DNA from: Octopus bimaculoides
Lineage: Eukaryota
Direction of reading: 5' to 3'
Length of the DNA stretch: 44,336 bases
NCBI RefSeq assembly: GCF_001194135.2
Contig: NC_068989.1
Span: 62,185,513 to 62,229,848, forward strand
Position 1 is the first letter of the stretch, and each line of letters begins with the position of its first letter. Under the pieces are notes generated by a model, which was not told where the DNA came from, searched no databases, and saw only the letters and a program-made list of their open reading frames with translations. A program made the position numbers and the translations under genes. Below, piece by piece: positions 37,252 to 44,336 of this stretch.

Positions 37252-38050
37252 CTCTGTCTCTATTTCTCCCATGAGTTACGTCTTTATTTCTATCGTGATA
37301 TAAACATGACTCCGATCAATTCGTCTTGATACATTGATATCTTCACTAATGCAAGATCATTGCCAAAGATAATGCTGTCCGTCTGCTGATTGCACTATCA
37401 ATATCACTATCGATATCGGCTACCGTTTTATTTCATTTCTCACCTTCGTCATTATATTCGTAGTAATGTTTGAAACCCCAGCACCACATTTGCCGCCGCA
37501 ATCATCATTGTCATAGTCATTATTATCAGCATCAGTAAAACTACAAATGAAGCCGCATTCACCACCAACTCCACCATCCTCCTCATCATCATTATTAACG
37601 CCATACAATATTCAGTGACACATTTTCGAGTTTCACAAAGTGTTGTACGCAAACCACCGAAGTAATTAATAATTAGTTTCATGTTTTCCTCACATTAGCA
37701 TATAAGTGTAGCTCAGCAAATAATCTAACATCTTTAAATATCGCACGTTTCAGCTTAATTTTTATGTTTTATCACACTATTACCTTCTTTAAAGTGGAAG
37801 TTGGCAAAACTGACAATACGAGCTTCAGCTATATGTAAGTACCCCAAATAATATTGAAATAAAATATTAGTAAACAGCTATGGAATTTCAAATCACAGGT
37901 TAAGCAATATATGACCGCTGTATTCCTCGCACCTTTGGGTAGCAGTCTTCTTCTGTATCCACGAATGATTACCGTTTCGTAGAGTTTACTACCCGGAGAC
38001 CTATAATTCGTCAACCGTCTGACATAGTTAAAATGTGTATTTCCTACTGT

Positions 38051-38256
38051 AGAGAGCTGATAGAATCGTTAGCCCATCGGGTGAATAGTTTAGCGGTATT
38101 TCGTTCGTCTTTACGTTCTGAGTTCAAATGCCATCGAGGTCGATGTTGCCACACATCCATTGGGAGCTGATCAAATAACTATCGGTTGAGTCAACGTAAT
38201 CGACTAAACCGCTTCCGAGAAAGTGTCGGCATCGTGCCAAAATGTGAAAGCAACAT
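38051..38256 (+). mobile_element. Older tRNA-derived SINE (first family)
   Basis: GAGCTGATAGAATCGTTAG...TTTAGCGGTATTTCGTTCGTCTTTACGTTCTGAGTTCAAATGCC..CGAGGTCGA...TAATCGACT. Confidence 0.8.
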
Positions 38257-38340
38257 TTGACTTTCCTTTTCAGCAGGGTGAGCCACAGCTAATACGTTAC
38301 GAAGTATAACAATGCAGTTAGTTAATCAATAGGATAACAT

Positions 38341-38572
38341 AGGCGGCGAGCTGGCAAAATCGTTAGGGTGCCAGGCGAAATGCTTATCGGTATTTCGTCT
38401 ACCGCTACATTCTGAGTTCAAATTCCGCCGAGGTCGACTTTGCCTTTTATCCTTTCAGGGTCGATTAAATAAGTACCAGTTACGCACTGGGGTCGATCTA
38501 ATCGACTTAGTCCCTTTGTCTGTCCTTGTTTGTCCCCTCTTTGTTTAGCCCCTTGTAGGCAATACAGAATTA
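38341..38572 (+). mobile_element. Near-intact tRNA-derived SINE (first family)
   Basis: The head GGCGGCGAGCTGGCAAAATCGTTAG... has a B-box-like GAGTTCAAATTCC. The conserved central block is GGTCGACTTTGCCTTTTATCCTTTCAGGGGTCGATTAAATAAGTACCAG, followed by GGGGTCGATCTAATCGACT. Confidence 0.9.
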
Positions 38573-39128
38573 AATACGATAACTTCGTCACTCCAACAGC
38601 CTATGCATATAAATCGATACGAAGTGACAGGTATAGTCACAGTTGGCCAACTCTAAATATTTCAAATTATGAAAAATCCCATGCATTTCACACAAATTAT
38701 TTTATGTAAAAATACTGAGGATAAAATTGCACCATTTATGATTCCCTGTAGTCATCAATAATAGATAAAATATCTTCAACCAAGGATCGAATGATGTTGC
38801 TGTTTAGATAGTTCCCACTTGAAATATTCCACAATCGACAACATGCATGACATTACAATTCGTGGTGCAATGAAGGGCTTCCAATGTTATTATTTAATTA
38901 AAATATGTTTTCCCGTGAAATACACACGTAAATTATTTCGTCACTAACTTCAAAGTGATTGCCATTGAGTGATTAAGTTTTTACCGAGCCTTCATTGAAA
39001 ATCAACTCTGGGGTTTATTCATTAGGAAATTAAATCTTTAGGAAATAAACAAATTTGACCTGGAAACAAACATTGAGATTATTAGAGTGCAAAGCTCATT
39101 AGGGCGGAGAGTTCATATAGTGCTGTGG

Positions 39129-39345
39129 TTCTTGATGATGATGATGATAATGATGATGACGATGAGGAGGTGGAGGAGGAGGAGGAAAAGGAGGAGGAGG
39201 AAGAGGAGGANNNNNNNNNNNNNNNNNNNNNNNNNNNNNNNNNNNNNNNNNNNNNNNNNNNNNNNNNNNNNNNNNNNNNNNNNNNNNNNNNNNNNNNNNN
39301 NNNNNNNGAGGAGTGGAGGAGGAGTGGAGGAGGCGGAGGAGGAAA
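39129..39345 (+). repeat. (GAT)n-(GAG)n compound trinucleotide repeat spanning a gap
   Basis: Direct reading; the gap is at 39211-39307. Confidence 0.9.
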
Positions 39346-41229
39346 GTGTTGATTACGATAGGCGTAAATATGTTCTCGATATTGTTATTGGTTTCGTCTT
39401 TGTCATATCTCGCAATTAAGATTTTAAAATTCCGTGCAAAAACACTAAATGAAACTTTAACATATTTCTACCCAAATAATCCATCAATAAAAAAAAAAAA
39501 AAAACATACACATCGGTCTAAAAGTATTTTCTTGAGTTCGAAGTGAACAATATCATATGTGACTAGATGAAGATTTTAGAATAATATATAGAGAAATATT
39601 AGATTATATGAGAAGTTAGTTGTAGAATTTATTGACAGAAAGAGCTATAACTAGAGATCCTTAGATACAAATAACTCGTGATTACATTCAAAATCTTGTA
39701 GCTATAGCGTACGAAAAGGAGCTACTGACATCGTAGCTTTTGCGCAAATGTGTTCATATTCAAATGAGCTGTTTAAAAATTACGTCTCCAGTCTCCGAGA
39801 TATAGCACAAGCATAACGTCAAAAGTCATACACAACGTAGCCATGAAATTGTGTAGTTGTTGGAAAATCACAGCAAAATTGTTTACTAAATTGGCTGAAA
39901 GAAAACCGTATCTTGCATTTGTTGACCTATGTGGAAAATGTATCCGCTCAAACCATTGAAATAGTAATATGTTTAACTTTATATTTTGAGACCATTTTAT
40001 TACATAACTCATTATTTTTATAAGACATACAGTGATTTATTTTTCTTCTAAATGCCATTATTTTCCCTTAAATTACTGCAAAACCTGATGAATTACGGAT
40101 GATACTAATGAATTGTAGAAGTTCAGAAGTTCAGGGAATGAGAGTTAGCAAGAATTATTGTCTTTTACATAAACTTTGTATATTATCAGCTTCTGTTATA
40201 CAGTTTGAGTGCGAGAATTCATTCAATTCACAACAGATTGTGTTATGTTACCATTTATTGTAACAGTATAACGTTGCAAAGAGAAGTGTACCATTAAAAC
40301 ATTCCGCTTTTGCAGATAGGCAAATCCAAACTACTCGCTACTTTAGTATTAACAATTATTTCTAGATTCAGCGAAACTATTTACAAACTGTTACAAGCAT
40401 CGTAACTACATCTTATGTAGACGTCTTTCTATTTTAAAAATGATTCTCAGTGATACTATATAAAATGTTATGCTTAAATTCTAAGTAGTGAAATTAAATT
40501 ACACAACACGCTCAAATAAAGCCCACACATACGTGTATAAAAGAATAAGGAAAGGGTGGGAGAGAAAAACAGAAAGGATAAAGAACAAGAGAGGGAGAGA
40601 GATAGACAGGGAAGAGATAGTAGAGGAGTGCGCATTGTAATTATTAAGATAACACTTACTTGGAAAAGGATGCGCGGCGTAGGTATGTACATACATGTAT
40701 GAATATATGCTTATATTTATATATTATTTATATTATTATATGATCGAATGCCANNNNNNNNNNNNNNNNNNNNNNNNNNNNNNNNNNNNNNNNNNNNNNN
40801 NNNNNNNNNNNNNNNNNNNNNNNNNNNNNNNNNNNNNNNNNNNNNNNNNNNNNNNNNNNNNNNNNNNNNNNNNNNNNNNNNNNNNNNNNNNNNNNNNNNN
40901 NNNNNNNNNNNNNNNNNNNNNNNNNNNNNNNNNNNNNNNNNNNNNNNNNNNNNNNNNNNNNNNNNNNNNNNNNNNNNNNNNNNNNNNNNNNNNNNNNNNN
41001 NNNNNNNNNNNNNNNNNNNNNNNNNNNNNNNNNNNNNNNNNNNNNNNNNNNNNNNNNNNNNNNNNNNNNNNNNNNNNNNNNNNNNNNNNNNNNNNNNNNN
41101 NNNNNNNNNNNNNNNNNNNNNNNNNNNNNNNNNNNNNNNNNNNNNNNNNNNNNNNNNNNNNNNNNNNNNNNNNNNNNNNNNNNNNNNNNNNNNNNNNNNN
41201 NNNNNNNNNNNNNNNNNNNNNNNNNNNNN

Positions 41230-41260
<31 letters not shown>

Positions 41261-41293
41261 ACATACATACACATACGCACGCGCACACACACG

Positions 41294-41334
<41 letters not shown>

Positions 41335-41744
41335 GTATGTATACACACCTGCAAACGCATACCTACATCAAACATGTGTATATGATTATGTAAGTGAGGT
41401 TGTATCTAATTAATATGCTAATATATACGGATGAGATGGGTAAATAGATAGGTAAGATATCAGTCGAGTCAATAACAATTCCTCAATATTTGTATATGTA
41501 TGTATTTCCACTCTTTATTTTTTGCTCTTTAGTCGTTGATCTATAGCGGGGTGACACGGGTTCTTGTTTGTTTTACTTATGTTAATATTGACTTTATTTA
41601 ATCAATATAAAACACATCTGCAAGTGAAGATGAAACATTAATATTTCATGAATCATATTTTGCATAAATATTAAATTTATATCTTGCAAAAACAGAGATA
41701 ATAAAACTAAACGTATGTGTTTTTGTACACACGCGTGTGTGTGT

Positions 41745-41842
41745 GTGTACTTGCGTGTGTGTGTATGTAGGCGCTTTTTGTGTGTGTGTGGGTGTGTACT
41801 TGCGTGTATGTGTATGTAGGTGCTTTTTGTGTGTGTGTGTGT
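41745..41842 (+). repeat. 49-bp minisatellite, 2 copies, built on a (GT)n background
   Basis: TACTTGCGTGT(G/A)TGTGTATGTAGG(C/T)GCTTTTTGTGTGTGTGTG starts at 41748 and again at 41797. Confidence 0.85.
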
Positions 41843-42332
41843 TATGAGTGGACATATATCTCTGTGTGTATTACTGTCTTGATAAAATTTATTATTATAT
41901 TTTAAAATATTGTCACAGCTGCTGTTGAGACGACGTTGGTAGTGCAGTTGCCACGGCTGCTGCTGGTGCTTCTGATAATGATGGTGTTGGTGAATATTAT
42001 GTTGATGGCGATGATGGGAACTGCGACAGCGGGGAAGACAAGGAACACTGCGAAGACGAAGATGACGATGATAATGATGATGATGATGATGACGACGACG
42101 ACGACGACAATGACGATGGAAATATCGATAGCGATTCCGATCGCATATGTATTAGAATTGAGAGAACAGTTGTAAAGTGCAAATATCATATTACTATTGC
42201 AATGTGAAGTTGACTATTCTGCGGATGCTATCAATTGTGTTGTCGGTGATGATTTAAAAGTTGAGTAAGAGAAGCAGGAACTTCAGTGGGATCGCGATAT
42301 GAGCCGTGATAATCTTAAATATACATACATAC

Positions 42333-42365
<33 letters not shown>

Positions 42366-43021
42366 CGTGTGTGTGTGTTTGTGTGTGTTTGTGTGTGTGT
42401 GTGTGTGTATGTGCGTATGCCTGTGTACCTGATTGTAAATGCCTATGTGTATGCGTGTGTCGTTGTGTGTCGTTGTGTGTGTTGTAAGGGCTGTGGATGA
42501 TGCATACATATATAACGACAGAGCACAGGAGAAAACGTTTTAGATCATTTTCTCTTTTAATTTAAGTTAACCTTGAGAGATAATAAAAAATGTATAAACC
42601 AAAATGGATTTGTGTGCCATGAAATGTTAGATATCCAAACGTTTTCTTGTTTTCTCAAGCAAACTGTGTGTGGGAGTATATAGGAGCAAGTGAGTAATAA
42701 AACCATGCGCAGAAGCTTAACAGTTTAATGTGACACAGCAATTAAAAGTGATATGACAATCGAACTTTGCTATGTAATGAAAAATTATCATATGAATACT
42801 AATACAACATACATATATACATACATACATAAAAACATACATACAAATAAACACACATTAAAAGTGTTTCAAAAAATGTAGGCAGATTTCAGTGCGACAC
42901 ACAAACATAATCTGAATCAATAGGGTTCTTCATTCTACTCCAGTGTTTGTATAGTAAGACACAGGAATAGCAGAGTATGATCCAAATACTAGAAAAAACC
43001 TAATATACAGAAAATTGACTT

Positions 43022-43190
43022 GAAGGCTGGCAAAATTGTTAGCATGCCTCATACTTCGTCCATCTTTACATTCTGTGTTCACCATTTCAGGGTCGATAAA
43101 ATAACTACCGATTGAGTAATGGGGTTGGCATAATCGACTCAACACTTCCACAGAAATAGCTGACGGTATGCCGAAATCTGAAACCAATAT
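43022..43190 (+). mobile_element. Internally deleted, old tRNA-derived SINE (first family)
   Basis: GCTGGCAAAATTGTTAGCATGCC...CTTTACATTCTG...GGGTCGATAAAATAACTACC...TAATCGACT...GCCGAAATCTGAAACCAAT. Confidence 0.7.
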
Positions 43191-44336
43191 GTATTTAGAA
43201 TCATTCTAACACTGGGAGGATATTCTGAAAAAAACGAATTAACATCCACAGGGAACTTTAAATGATGTGAAGTCGAGAATTGCAGTATATTGTTGCGGTA
43301 AAATGTAGACATGTAGGCATGTTCACACTATTTTGAGTGAAAGGTGTTTTATTAATAAGTCATCGCCTCGTTTAAAACGTAATTTTGTTTTATTTTACAC
43401 AGCGTTGTTTGAACATATTTACACATACACACACACACTCACACACGCACATATATACATGTATATATACATGTGTGTGTGTGACTGTGTGCGGGTGTGC
43501 CTGTGTCTGTGTGTACATATATATATATGCACATACACATATGCATGCATGTCTGTGTGTGTATGTGCAGTATAATTTGTATGTAAATGATGTTACAGTA
43601 GCGCGTCTGATGAATTTACCTTTTTCTATTGTCTTCCCACTTTTTAGAAATTGAGGGCTTTCCTACACCTTGGCTGGTAATATAAAATTGCTTACAATAT
43701 ACTTGGCTTGATCCATTCACAAAATTAAATCGTTTCCAGCGCGACCTCAATTTAATGAGTGAATTTAGTAACAAATAAAATATTTAATGTTTAATTTGAA
43801 GATATGATAAGAAAGGGTATATGAAACGGATATAAAAAATTGATGGTTTTATAGAATAAATAATTACGTAAATATTTCTAAGATAAGAAATATTCGATGA
43901 ATGTAGTAAAGCACCATTAGTTTTCACGGCAATTATTTTTTTATCTGGCCAACAACTTATGATAATGACCTAATCGATTATCTAACCTACACTAATAGTG
44001 CTTTCAAACGTCACACTTTAGAGAAATTGAAATTGAATAGAGGAATTGGAAAACGAAAACTAAAGTAATCATACAAAATGCACTTGAAAACTACGCAGTG
44101 GTGGATTGGTCAAATTATATGGGTTGCGAGATATGATAAGGTCTGATTGAAAAATAAATCTAGCTGGGAGAAATATTGATTGAAATACATAATAGGAATC
44201 ATCGATCTGTCGCCCTGTTGCAGAGTCATTTTTATCTCTTTCCATCGCAATCGATATAAATACAAACACTTATAACATTTCTTTCCTTAATGTGACAGTG
44301 AAGAAATGAGAAAGAAATAAAAAAAAAGCATAATTT

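Noticed and set aside
39087-39419. Poly-D/E or poly-R ORFs
   Set aside because: They come from a (GAT)n(GAG)n repeat plus a gap and have no coding context.
41902-42189. Hydrophobic or acidic ORFs over GAT/GAC/GGT-rich sequence (also 37380-37680 and 32020-32140)
   Set aside because: These are decayed trinucleotide microsatellites that read open in several frames on both strands, with no splice or homology support.

Overview
AT-rich, microsatellite-saturated animal genomic DNA with ten assembly gaps, most of them bordered by simple repeats. The SINE families, the (TA)/(CA)/(TACA)/(TTA) repeat load and the retroelement types point to a coleoid cephalopod, probably Octopus (inference, no search run). 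No intact protein-coding gene can be supported: nearly all supplied ORFs are translations of microsatellites or N-gaps. The window reads as a large intron or intergenic region. It holds a Helitron-like element with nested repeats (3.35-5.54 kb), several tRNA-derived SINEs, four decayed R4/Dong-type (RLE) non-LTR retrotransposon fragments, one multiply deleted Ty3/Gypsy relic, and a few weak candidate exons. The most notable item is a three-copy composite element at 8.17-9.41 kb: a tRNA-like head, a (TAA)n spacer, and a tail containing a minimal type I hammerhead ribozyme of the Penelope-like kind, in head-to-head arrangements, with one insertion bounded by a 10-bp target-site duplication.
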